Of a DNA stretch of 64,000 bases, positions 37,040-48,594 are shown one piece after another. The stretch is taken from assembly GCF_044704955.1 (NCBI RefSeq), contig NC_091993.1, positions 84,010,001 through 84,074,000 of the forward strand. Direction: 5' to 3'. The stretch comes from Pristiophorus japonicus (taxonomy: Eukaryota). The notes under the pieces are model-generated. The model had not been told where the DNA came from. It was given only the letters and a program-made list of their open reading frames with translations, and did not search any database. Position 1 is the stretch's first letter, and each line of letters begins with the position of its first letter. The translations under genes were made by a program, and so were the position numbers.

Positions 37040-38050
37040 GAAATTGAATAATGGACAGAAAGCAGAGAGCAATAATCAACTGTTGTTGTTCAGACTGGAA
37101 GGAAGTGTGCAGTGGTGTTTCCTTGGAGTTAGTGTTGGGATCGCTGCTATTTTTTGATGTATATTAATGGTCTGGATTGTGAATACAGGGCTTCATTTCA
37201 AATTTTGCAGATGACACAAAACTCAGAAATGAGAAGGATAGTAGCAGACTTCACATGGACATAGACAGACTGATGAAATGGGCAGACACATGGCAGGAGA
37301 AATTTAACACAGCGAAGTGATTTGGTAGGAAGAATGAGGAGAGGCAATGTAAACTGGTACAATTTCAAACGGGCTGTTCGTACACAAGTCTTTGAAGGTG
37401 GCAGGACAAGTAGAGGAGTCTGGTTAAAAAGACTTTCACTTTATAAGTAGAGGCATAGGGCTAGAAATTCATTTTTTGATGAAAGCAGTATTTCTTTGCC
37501 AAAAATACCGCTGCGAGGCCTAAAATTCAGGCTTCGATTTGTGCAGCAGTAAAAATTGGCGCTGCACGAGGATTCGTGGTGCAAATTTTCTGCAACTTTA
37601 CTCTGAGGCCGAAAGAGGCCGGCCTTGGGAGGAGGAAAACACAAATAAAAATGGCAAAAAACCAAAAATTTTAAATCACAACATTCACAAGACACTTAAC
37701 TAGCGAATCGCTGCAAAAGAATTAAGAAATTAAAACTTTAACTTACCTTTTTTGCAGGTCTTCATACTTACCGCTGCTCCAAGGGCTGCAACGCAGCTTT
37801 TTACCTTGCGGTTTTTTTCATCCTAAATACGGGTGAACTGTGAGCCAAATTTTTGGCGAAAGCTATATTTCGAGTCTTGCACGGCAGCGGTCTGCTCCCC
37901 AGCGGTACTTAAAATCCGCCGCCGCAAGACCTCCCCGAATTTCCCGCCGCACCAAAATTGCAGGTCTATGGAGAAAGAGCAGGAGAATGTGACTTATCAG
38001 ACACGATGGGCCAAATGGCCTCCTGTTTTGTATTATTTTATGATTCTATG
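37040..38050 (+). mobile_element. decayed CR1 fragment with a MITE-like insert at ~37458-37966
   Basis: tttgcagatgacacaaaact (FADDTKL) remnant; the insert starts gggctagaaattc; the CR1 3' end tgggccaaatggcctcct follows. Confidence 0.6.
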
Positions 38051-38179
38051 AGTGAATAACAAACTGAACATTATTATGTCCTCGAACCACAGTGCAGCTT
38101 TTAAATAAATGTTCTCGGATTTTGTTGTTTGAACTTGTGTGAATTATAAATTAGCAGCTAAGTCCTGTTGGATAAAGTT

Positions 38180-39747
38180 GGTGTCAGCTGTGGCTCAGTT
38201 GGCAGCACTCTCGCCTCTGAGTCAGAAAGTTGTGGGTTCGAGTTCTACTCCAGGAACTTGACCAATAAAGCTAGGCTGACGCTGCAGTGCAGTGCTGAGG
38301 GAGTGCTGCACTGTCAGAGGTGCCGTCTTTCGGGATGGGACGTTAAACCGAGGTCCCGTCTGCTCTCTCAGGTGGACGTAAAAGATCCTCTAGCGCTATT
38401 TCAAAGAAGAGCAGGGGAGTTATCCCCAGTGTCTTGGCCAATATTTATCATAAGAACATAAGAATTAGGAACAGGAGTAGACCATTTAGCCCCTCGAGCC
38501 TGCTCCGCCATTCAATAAGATCATGGCTGATCTGGCCATGGACTCAGCTCCACTTACCTGCCCGCTCCCCGTAACCCTTAATTCCCTTATTGGTTAAAAA
38601 TCTATCTATCTGTGATTTGAATACATTCAATGAGCTAGCCTCAACTGCTTCCTTGGGCAGAGAATTCCACAGATTCACAACCCTCTGGGAGAAGAAATTC
38701 CTTCTCAACTCGGTTTTAAATTGGCTCCCCCATATTTTGAGGCTGTGCCCCCTAGTTCTAGTCTCCCCGACCAGTGGAAACAACCTCTCTGCCTCTATCT
38801 TCCATCCCTTTCATTATTTTAAATGTTTCTATAAGATCACCCCTCATTCTTCTGAACTCCAACGAGTAAAGACCCAGTCTACTCAATCTATCATCATAAG
38901 GTAATTCCCTCATCTCTGGAATCAGCCTAGTGAATCGTCTCTGTACCCCCTCCAAAGCTAGTATATCCTTCCTTAAGTAAGGTGACCAAAACTGCACGCA
39001 GTACTCCAGGTGCGGCCTCACTAATACCCTATACAGTTGCAGCAGGACCTCCCTGCTTTTGTACTCCACCCCTCTCGCAATGAAGGCCAACATTCCATTC
39101 ACCTTCCTGCTTACCTGCTGCACCTGCAAACTAACTTTTTGGGATTCATGCATAAGGACCCCCGGGTCCTTCTGCACCACAGCATGTTGTAATTTCTCCC
39201 CATTCAAATAATATTCCAAATCTAAATACACCACATCCATCGGCACACCTCTATCCACCATGCTCGTTATATCCTCAAAGAATTCCAGTAAATTAGTTAA
39301 ACATGATTTCCCCTTCATGAATCCTTGCTGCGTCTCAATTAACATAACAGAAACAGATTATCTAGTCATTATGACATTGCTGTTTGTGGAAACTTGCTGT
39401 GTGCAAGTTGGCAGCTGTGTTTCCCATATTACAACAGTGACTACACTTCAAAAGTACTTCATTGGCTGTAAAGCACTTTGAGATGCCTGGTGGTCGTGAA
39501 AGGCGCTGTATACGTGCAAGTCTTTCTTTCTCAATCAACATTACTTTTTTTTTTAAAAGATTATCTGGTCATTATCACATTACTGTTTGTGGGAGCTTGC
39601 TGTGTGCAAATTGGCTGCCGCATTTCCTACATTACAACAGTGACTACATTACAACAGTGACTACACTTCAAAATAATTACTTAGTTGGCTGTAAAGTGCT
39701 TTGGGACATTCGGAGATTGTGAAAGGCGCTATGGAAATGCAAGTCTT
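38180..39747 (+). mobile_element. SacSINE1-like tRNA-derived Deu-domain SINE, split by a CR1 and followed by a second 3' half
   Basis: A box tggctcagttgg, B box ggttcgagttc, Deu-like core gagtgctgcactgtcagaggtgccgtctttcgg..cgttaaaccgagg; 3' halves at ~39333-39530 and ~39531-39747. Confidence 0.8.
38450..39332 (-). mobile_element. CR1 LINE fragment with an internal deletion
   Basis: ORF 38758-39345 fuses DVVYLDL directly to EYYLNGEKL; tail ataagaacataagaa. Confidence 0.88.
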
Positions 39748-40879
39748 GGGTTGCCTTTGACTGGATACAATTATCAGTGAAATGGTTAAATTAGAACACA
39801 TTCATGCTGCATAGTAGCAGATGGAGAATTTCACATCCTATGTTTAATGGAGAACAACAATAATGGAGAATGGTAATAAAATGTAGCTAAAAATTAACTA
39901 TTGAAGCACAGAGTTAATATTAATAAACTTGTTCATAACATTCATACAAAATAAATTGAGATCCTTCTATTTTATGGTTACTGTTTTTGCATTTTAGTAG
40001 GTGACTATTAGTAGTCATTTGCATATCCCTATTAGAGATGTTAAATGAGCAAATACTGATACAAAATAAAATTGTATTTTTGTTTCTTGTCGTAATTTTG
40101 ATTGTACTACTAGCAAGTAAAGTACATTATAAGCTGGCTATACCACATTTTTAGTGTCCTGTTTGGGTTGAGGCAAATTGGCCCAGCAACAAATTCCAAG
40201 CCCACGACTGCTGTCGACCCCAGTCATGCCTGACCCACATTTTGATTTTGATGTAAACAATAGTTGTTCAGCTGAAAGGGTTCTGGCTGGGCAGGAACAC
40301 TGAAAGAATTGCACTGTATTCTGTTCGCAGCCTTGATTGAAGGGGCTTCCTATTTCACTGGATTTAAAAGCAAACTTTCTAGAACTCTTGCGAAGAGAAC
40401 TCAATATTCAAGGGCTGTAAGGATCCATGAGTCATAGTCTTAGCCTGCAGTAATCTTGTGCTTTTTTTCTGTGAAAGTGGGTATTACTATGATTTAAAAT
40501 CTTTCATTATCAAAGACCCTTCTCAATATAATAAAATGTAGAGCTGCTTCAGTACCTGGAGACCATTAAATGTGCCTTTGTTGAATGGATAAATTGGCTG
40601 CTGCAACTTGCTTATTCAATAGTTAATTATGCACTTAATTTAACACAGCGCATATATATTTGTGGTGTCGCAAATTCGTGTTTAACCTAGACAGTGTACT
40701 TGCTCCTGTTGGTAACGCACTAATGCCTCTGTAAAAATATGGAAATCTGCTCTTTCAGCTAAGCCTTTTGAATCTTTTAAACCTGTGATCTGATGTGTGA
40801 CAGCCAGAACGATGTGTTTCAGTGTCAACGCGATCCTGTAAAACTAGCAGCATAATGGGAGCAGTTAAACACAGAGAGC

Positions 40880-41480
40880 TCAATGATTACGTTTAAAATC
40901 AGCTGTCACTCTTCCCATCCTGGGTTTAATTAGAGCCCTTACAATGGTGGGGGTTGGGGGGGGTGCAGTACTGTTGGTGGGCTCGGTTAACCGGCTGTAA
41001 ACGTGTTGGACCGCAGCAGGATCGGCTTCCTGAAGTACCGTCTGCCGCCATGCTCGCCCGTGCCCACGCTGGCTGTTGGGCCGCTTGGCTTCTGACACGG
41101 GGGTGTAATCAGTCACCTGGCTGTTCTGAAGGCATGTGATTATCAGAGCGAGCAGATGGGCAGCTCCTGTGCGCTCTGAATGCCTCAATGTGACATACTC
41201 TCTCATGATCCCTGTCCCAGCTATAATTTCCTCATGTTTTACATCACCCGTCCATTCAGCGAGGGACTGTTTTTTTTTCCAACGACAAGGGAGCTTATTG
41301 GCTGGCTCCAGCTAAAGCTAACCCACCCTTGTGGGGGTTAAAATTTCCCTTGATTATCCTGCTCCAAGTTGGAGAATACAGAGCAGTTTCTGTGAGAACC
41401 CCCACATACTACAGCAGGAAGGATTTAAGCTTTGCAACTCTCTACCGTTGTGGATTTGTTGATTACTGTGGTGCTGGAGT
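40880..41480 (+). promoter_or_regulatory. candidate promoter/5' UTR in a repeat-poor island
   Basis: Local CpG enrichment at ~40980-41100, forkhead-type tgtttac (~41235) and reverse CCAAT attgg (~41297). No recognisable transposons between ~39.8 and 43.3 kb. Confidence 0.35.
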
Positions 41481-41561
41481 ATGATTTTTTGCGACATGAA
41501 CTCGGGGACTAACTCCATAAAGATTCAGCTGCAGAATGGAATCCGCTTTAGCACGTATCAG
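41481..41561 (+). CDS. candidate first coding exon MIFCDMNSGTNSIKIQLQNGIRFSTYQ, gene unidentified
   Basis: ATG with A at -3, 27 open codons, ending CAG|GTAAAC (phase-0 donor), just downstream of the CpG-rich zone. No family recognised. Confidence 0.4.
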
Positions 41562-43302
41562 GTAAACCACACTGTACTTGAGCAATTAGGGGGGAGATTT
41601 AGTACAGAAAATAGAACAAATGAAGTGCTTTGTTAGAAAAGCTCTTGATCGTGGGTTTCTTGATACCCTGCAAAATTGGGTGATGTAGCTATGGAAATAA
41701 AATTGCAGTTTTTCTTCGAATTCCTAATCGATAAATCCTTCCTCGTTTATAAGGTTGTTACAGAAGGTCAGTGTGAGATTATCGTTATTTTACGACTGCT
41801 GGTCACAGAGGCAGCTTTTATACTCACAGAAGAGATTTTGTAAAGCTGAATGCAACACAACTGATTCATATTCAATCAAAGATGTCGAGGAGTTAAAGCT
41901 AATGAGTTATAGTATCAAATCTATCCAATCTGTGACAGTAGGAGTCCCACAGATGAATAATAAACTAAATCTAATAATTTCTAAATAAAAGCCACTGAGG
42001 AGGTCCATGGAGTGTGTCACAAAATGGGGATGGTTCTGGAAGTTTAAATGCCTTGATATCAATGTGTTTGGCACGAAGATTATTCCAACTCGTTTGTTGA
42101 TTTTAGGTTGTCAGAAAACAGTGTATTTGGAGGCCATGTGATTGAGATTAGTTTGGATGTCGTATAAAGTAAGAAGAGTTGCTCAAAATATTTTTGACAA
42201 CTGGAATAATTTCCCCTTTAGTCTTTCTCAATTGCTTCATGTGATCCTTCTCTCACTTTTTCTGTTACTATATATATCTATATATTTTTTTTAACTATTG
42301 CTTCCCTTATCTACAAGTTTTGTTCTCGTGTATTCTTTGCCTTTGTGTTTCTGAAATCCTCATATAAGCCCTCCGAGGGTTCTCGTTTATGCTGTCAGGA
42401 GCGAGACTGGGGAGTGCCTGCAGTTCACTGCTGAAGTGGGTCTGGTGGCAGCATTGCTTCGGCTCTGACTTACAGAGCCGAGATGCTTCTATTTTATCTA
42501 ACAGCATGCTTAAGCTAGGGAGCATCTACAAATTGTTAGAACAATTGTTTCATCTGAAGAATCTCTTACAGATGAGGCTACCTTATAAATGACATGTCAT
42601 CGTTTGCAGATTTTGTTTATGATCTGACCAAATAGAGAGGGAGATTGAGAGACTTGTTTATCTGACAAATACTTGGTACATAATTGACAAAAAAACTTAG
42701 TTGTAGGGGTAGATTCTCTGAAGTGATTATCGCAAAGGAAGCAGAGTGGGAACTGAGGGCATGTTTATTTGTTCCGGAATTGACTGATGTGACATTGCTG
42801 GGACTGGGTCAGTGTGTGCAAGTGTATCGAACTCCAAATTCAGCTGTGCTTGTGCTCAGGACTGGCACGGTCCTGATGTTCCATCCATACACACTGGCAT
42901 CCTTGTTGCCCTTGATGCGTTCTGCAAGGCTAACACGGTGTTTAATGATGCCTGCAGTGTGTTTTGGGCCTGTAATCAGTGTTTTTAATTGTCTTGGCCC
43001 CTGGTCTGAACCCAGCTAAAGGGAATTAGTCTGCAGAGGTAAAGCTATGCAAGATTTTGGAGAGTGAAGCTGCTGTTAACTGAGAGTGCAGTATGACTTT
43101 AATTTTATAATTTACAAAATAGTTTTCTGTTTTAATTGTAACCACTATAAAAATTATCGCTAGGTTCTGTGGAAAAAATACTTCACAAATTAAGTAGAAT
43201 TCATGTAATATTGGAATGTTACTTCAATATTTTTTTAAAAAGCACTAAGCTTAAGCAACAAAAAACATAATCCCCGATTGCACAAATATGAAAAGGGTGC
43301 AG

Positions 43303-43785
43303 TTTTTTAATTTATTGGTTCCTGGGAGGTGGGCATCGCTGTTAAGGCCAGTATTTATTGGCCATCCCTAATTGCCCTCGAGAAGGTGGTGGTCTTGAAC
43401 TGCTTTTCTTTGTAGTGTTTTTTTACAACTAAGTGGCTTGCTAGGCCATTTCAGAGGGCAGTTAAGAGTCAACCACATTGCTGTGAGTCTGGAGTCATAT
43501 GTAAGCCAGACCAGGGAAGGATGGCAGATTTCCTTCCCTAAAGGAACCAGATGGGTTTTTACGACAATCTGGTAGTTTCATGGTCACATTTATTGATGCT
43601 AGTTTTTTTATTCCAGATTTATTTAATTAAACAAATTTAAATTCCCCAGCTGCCATGGTGGGATTTGAACTTGCGTCTCCAGATCGTTAGCCCAGGCCTC
43701 TGGATTACTTGTCATAGAAACATAGACATAGAAACATAGAAACATAGAAAATGTTGTCTAGTAACATAACCACTATGCCACCATT
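43303..43785 (-). mobile_element. tRNA-headed SINE with a LINE-derived body and tail
   Basis: Minus strand: tggcatagtggttatg (A-box-like) ... agttcaaatcccacc (B box), body ...aaaaacccatctggttcctttagggaaggaaatctgcc..., tail gggcaattagggatggccaataaat. Confidence 0.75.
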
Positions 43786-44784
43786 AATAGGTCATGATTT
43801 CTATTCAGTTACATATTTAATTAAAACTTCATAATCTAATTCTTTAAATCCCTAAAATCGAGGTCTTTAAAAAAAATGTATAGCAAGGGTAATTACTCTC
43901 AGGGTAGGAATTTTTTTGGTGTGGGATTGAAGGATGGATAAAGGGGACTGGGCAAAAAGTGTTGCGCAACAATCCAATCTGATGCAAATCTAAGTGACTT
44001 ATATTAGCGGTTCTTCCCAGTGTGAACTTCAGGGAGATTGATGGTGGAACCATCCCCAAGAGGCGTTAAGTTGTGGCGTATCTGCAGGAGACTTTTTCTT
44101 TTAAGAGGAAATTAACTTCAGTGTTGTCAATCATGTAGCCTGTAAGTCTGTTTTTGCTGATATTTTTGACCGTAATGTCATGACTCATGATGCTGATTGG
44201 TCATTGAAATAAAAAATAAAACTGGGGACTTGGGTGAAAAAGCTTGATTGTTGATCAAATTAAGAATTTTGCTGGCAAAGATGGTTAGAAACCCCTTTGA
44301 AAATAATCTGGTTACCTAAAGATGTAGGTTAAAGAGTGTGGATGTTACTGAAAAGACAACAGCAATGACCCGAACTCCAAGGTTCACATTGAAGTGTTCC
44401 TTCCTTTGTGCTGATCATGATGGAGATGCATTTGTTTGAGGAAACATAAATTAAATTTCAACCTGATTTATTTTTGAAGGAGGTTTTCCTCAAAATTGAG
44501 GAATTTTGTAACGGGTTGCTAAGTGAGTGTTAATCGGTAAAATGACATGCTGTTTTCGTGAGAAGTGGAGTCTCCTGGGTGACGCTGCATTCGTGGAAAT
44601 TTTGTGCAGTTGGTGGAGTGATGTGTCTATATATGGTGTTATTGTGATGCTGATAATTAGAATAATCACATCCTAATATTACAAAAGGGTCTCAACACAA
44701 GGAGTTGATAATTGTAGGTCTTTTCAAAAAGTTGTCAAGTTGCAACACAGAAAGTAAATTGTACCTTGTTATGAATAATATAGA

Positions 44785-46420
44785 TTATAGAATCATAGAA
44801 ATTTACAGCACGGAAGGAGGCCATTTCAGCCCATTATGTTAGCGCCGGCCAACAAAGAGCTATCCAGCCTAATCCCACTTTCCAGCTCTTGGTCCGTAGC
44901 CCCGTAGGTTATGACACCTCAAGTGCATATCCAAGTACTTTTTAAATATAGTCAGGGTTTCTGCCTCAGGAAGTCAGTTCAAGACCCCTACCACCCTCTG
45001 AGTGAATAAATTTCCCCTCAAATCCCCTCGAAACATTTACCAATTACTTTAAATCTATGACACCTGGTTGTTAACTCCTCTGCCAAGGGGTCTATCTAGG
45101 CCCCTAATAATTTTATATACCTCAATAAGATCTCCCCTCAGCCTCCTCTGTTCCAAAGTAAACAAACCCAGCCTATCCAATCTTTCCTCATTGATAAAAT
45201 TCTCCAGTCCAGGCAACATCCTCGTAAATCTCCTCTATACCCTCTCTAGTGCAATCACATCTTTCTTGTAATGTGGTGACCAGAACTGCACACAGTATTC
45301 TAGCTGTGGCCTAACTAGTGTTTTACACAGTTCAAGCATAACCTCCCTGCTCTTGTATTTTAAGCCTCAGTTAATAAAGGCAAGTATACCGTCTGCCTCC
45401 TTAATCATCTTGTCTACCTGTGCTGCTACCTTCAGAGATCTGTAGACATGCACGCCAAGGTCCCTTTGTTCCTCTACACTTCTGTGTCCTACTATTTAAT
45501 ATGTATTCCCTTGCCTTGTCCCAATTGCACTTCAACTGGATTGAATTCCATTTACCACTGTTCTGCCCACCTGACTAGTTTATTGATTATCTTCCTGCAG
45601 TCTACAGCTTCCTTCTTCATTATCAACCACACAGCCGATTTTTGTATCATATGGAAACTTCTGAATCATACCCCCTACATTCAAGTCTAAATTATTGATA
45701 TATACCACAAAAATCAAGGGACCAGTACTGAGCCCTGCAGAACCCCACTGGAAATAGTCTTCCAGTTACAAAAACGCCCATCAACCATTACCCTCTGCTT
45801 TCTGCCTCTGAGCCAATTTTGGATCCACTTGCCACTTTGCCCAGGATTCCATGGGCTTTTAATTTCATGACCAGTCTGCCATGTGGGACCTTATCAAAAG
45901 CCTTGCTAAAATCCATATACGCTACATCAAATGCACTATCCTCATCGACCCTCCTTGTTACCTCCTCAAAAAATTCAATCAAGTTAGTCAGACATGACCT
46001 TCCCTTAACAGGTCCATGCTGACTGTTCTTGATTAATCTGTGTCTTTCTAAATGAAGATTTATCCTGTCTCTCAGAATTTTCTCCAATAATTTGGAACCA
46101 CCAAGGTTAGTCTGACTGGCCTGTAATTACTCAGTCTATTCCTTTCTCCCTTTTTAAACAAAGTTACCACATTAGCAGTCCTCCAGTCCTCTGGCATCAC
46201 AGCCAGAGAGAATTGGAAAATGATGGTCAGAGCCTCTGCTATTTCCTCTTTTGCTTCTCTTAACAGCCTGGGATACATTTCATCTGGGCCTGGTGATTTA
46301 TCCACTTTCAAAGCTGCTAAACCCCTTAATACCTCCTCTCTCAATATCTTTATTTCATCTAATATTTCACAATCCTCCTCCCTAATTGCAATGTCTGCAT
46401 CGCCCCTCTCTTTTGTGAAT
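44785..46420 (-). mobile_element. CR1 LINE of a different, older subfamily
   Basis: KSPGPDEMYPRLLRE, SCLTNLIEFFEEVT and YMDFSKAFDKVPHG; tail atagaatcatagaa. Confidence 0.88.
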
Positions 46421-48594
46421 ACATATATTCACAAAATATATATAATAGAGTAGATATATATAACATATATATAACACCATAACTGGCACAAGCCCAGTGT
46501 TTCCACACAAGTGACTATATTCATCTGAATGAGGGGCCATTTTGCCTATCTTATATTCAACATTGACTGACATATTGAACTTGCCAAGTGGGGAAACACT
46601 GATGCAAAACCCTTATACTTGCAAGCTATGTGGTGCAGTTTGTAGGTGCACATTGCAAATTGGGGCTTTTCCCACTCCTGTCTGATGTCAATAGCAAAGA
46701 TAGATGTTAAAACCACGAGATAAGATGAAACTGCCAGTTTAAAAAAAAAATCTATGCCTGTTTTCCAGCCCTTAAAAATGGACTGAAGTTTCTGACACTT
46801 TTTTTGAAAACTGAACTGTTTCATTTTAAATTCTTTTAAATTCCTTTTTAATGAGCTTTTGGGGAAAGACCTTGTGGTTTTCCACTGAGGGAAATTAAAA
46901 CACCCTCATGGGAATGAGCTCATCTATTGAGCTGGCACTAATAGATATAGAGTCTAAACTGGTGAAGTATCTGTTCAACATATGTTTTGCTGCAGTTTAA
47001 AATTAATTATTTTTGTCTTGTGAATACTGGGCGATGACTTACCAGGATTGTGAGCTCCACTGGAGACTGAGCACCCATCCCATCAACTACCACCAGTTAG
47101 CATTGCACTTTCAGACATGTTTACTACCCTCACCTGCACTTGAATCAGCTGAGCAAAATCCATAAAATAATTTAGCAGTAAATTATTCAAAAACTCAGTT
47201 TCTCCATTTCACCCTCCCTCATGGGAAACCACAACTTCCAAGGTTTGGTTGTTTAAATTACTAGAGATACAAAGCAGGCCAAAACTAATCAAGAAATTAA
47301 TTCAAATCTAATCTTCATTATAAACTAAACCAGTAGAAGTGGCAAGTTTTAAAACTTGAATTGCAGTATAAAATTTGCTTCTGATTACAAATCCAAGTTG
47401 GTTACATGCATGAGCAAATGCCCATCTGAGCACATTGATCGATAAATCAATACCAAAATACAGAAATGGCCGTGTCACTGAATTGGGACATAGAACTGTG
47501 CTGCTCTGCTTAACCACTTACAATTTCCTGCTCATCAGAGCTGGATTGACATTCTTGTGTGTTAAATAATGAGTCACGTGAGGTGTGTGAAATAAGTCTG
47601 TACAGTCACGTCCTGATTGCTTTCTGCTGGTAAAACTATCTCTGCAGCCACCTCTTTTAGAACCCTGGGATGTAGGCTATCTGGTCCAAGGAATTCATCA
47701 GCTTTTAGCTCATTAATTTTTCCAGTACGCTTTCTTCACTAATATTAACTACTTTAAATTCCACACTCTCGTTAGACTGTTGGTTCCCCACTATTTCTGG
47801 TGTGTTTTTTGTGTCTTCTACTGCCGTTTCCTTACACCCCAATATCATTTCTCATGTCTCAGCCTCTAAGGGACCCATGTTTACTTTTGCATTGAATTGC
47901 AATGTGCTCTCTTTTTCACTCCCATTCTGTACAATTGACATGGAACAAATCACTCCTATTAAATTTGAATCCTCTTAAATCAAACCACGTCCAATTGCCT
48001 CTCATTATTTCGAATTCCAGTTCACAGGCATCAAATCACTGCTCATTACATAAAAGATAGTGGAAAGAGCAATCCATTTGACTTTAAAAGGGTACACGAA
48101 GTACAATGCCTCTTCAGAGACTTGTAGCGCAAGTCAGAGTTGGGGAGAAGGAATTAGTTAGATGACACATTGGCTTAACAATAACAAAACAAAATATAGT
48201 GCGAAATACAGAATGGTGATTTGTGGACTTCCACAGGGAACCGTTCTTGATCCTCTACTTATTGCAGTTTCCAACAATGACCTAGATGAAAGGATTAAAA
48301 GACACATTTCCAAATTTTCTGGTACCAGAAAATTGTGTAGGTTGGCAAAATGCATAATGGAAGCTTATATTCTAGGGATTTGGAGCTGCTTAGCAGTTGG
48401 CCAATGATTAGTAAATTATGTGTACTATGGATTAATGCAAGGTAGTGCAAAATTCATCAAAGAGAAGGCATAGTCTGACGAGAGTTCTTTTGATTCTAAG
48501 TACCCTCTTTTTTATGTGAGGGCATGATGTGTTCACCAGAATGTTCTGTGTGTCAAATAACAAATCTGTCAGTAGTACTTGTCCCAGAAAAGAA

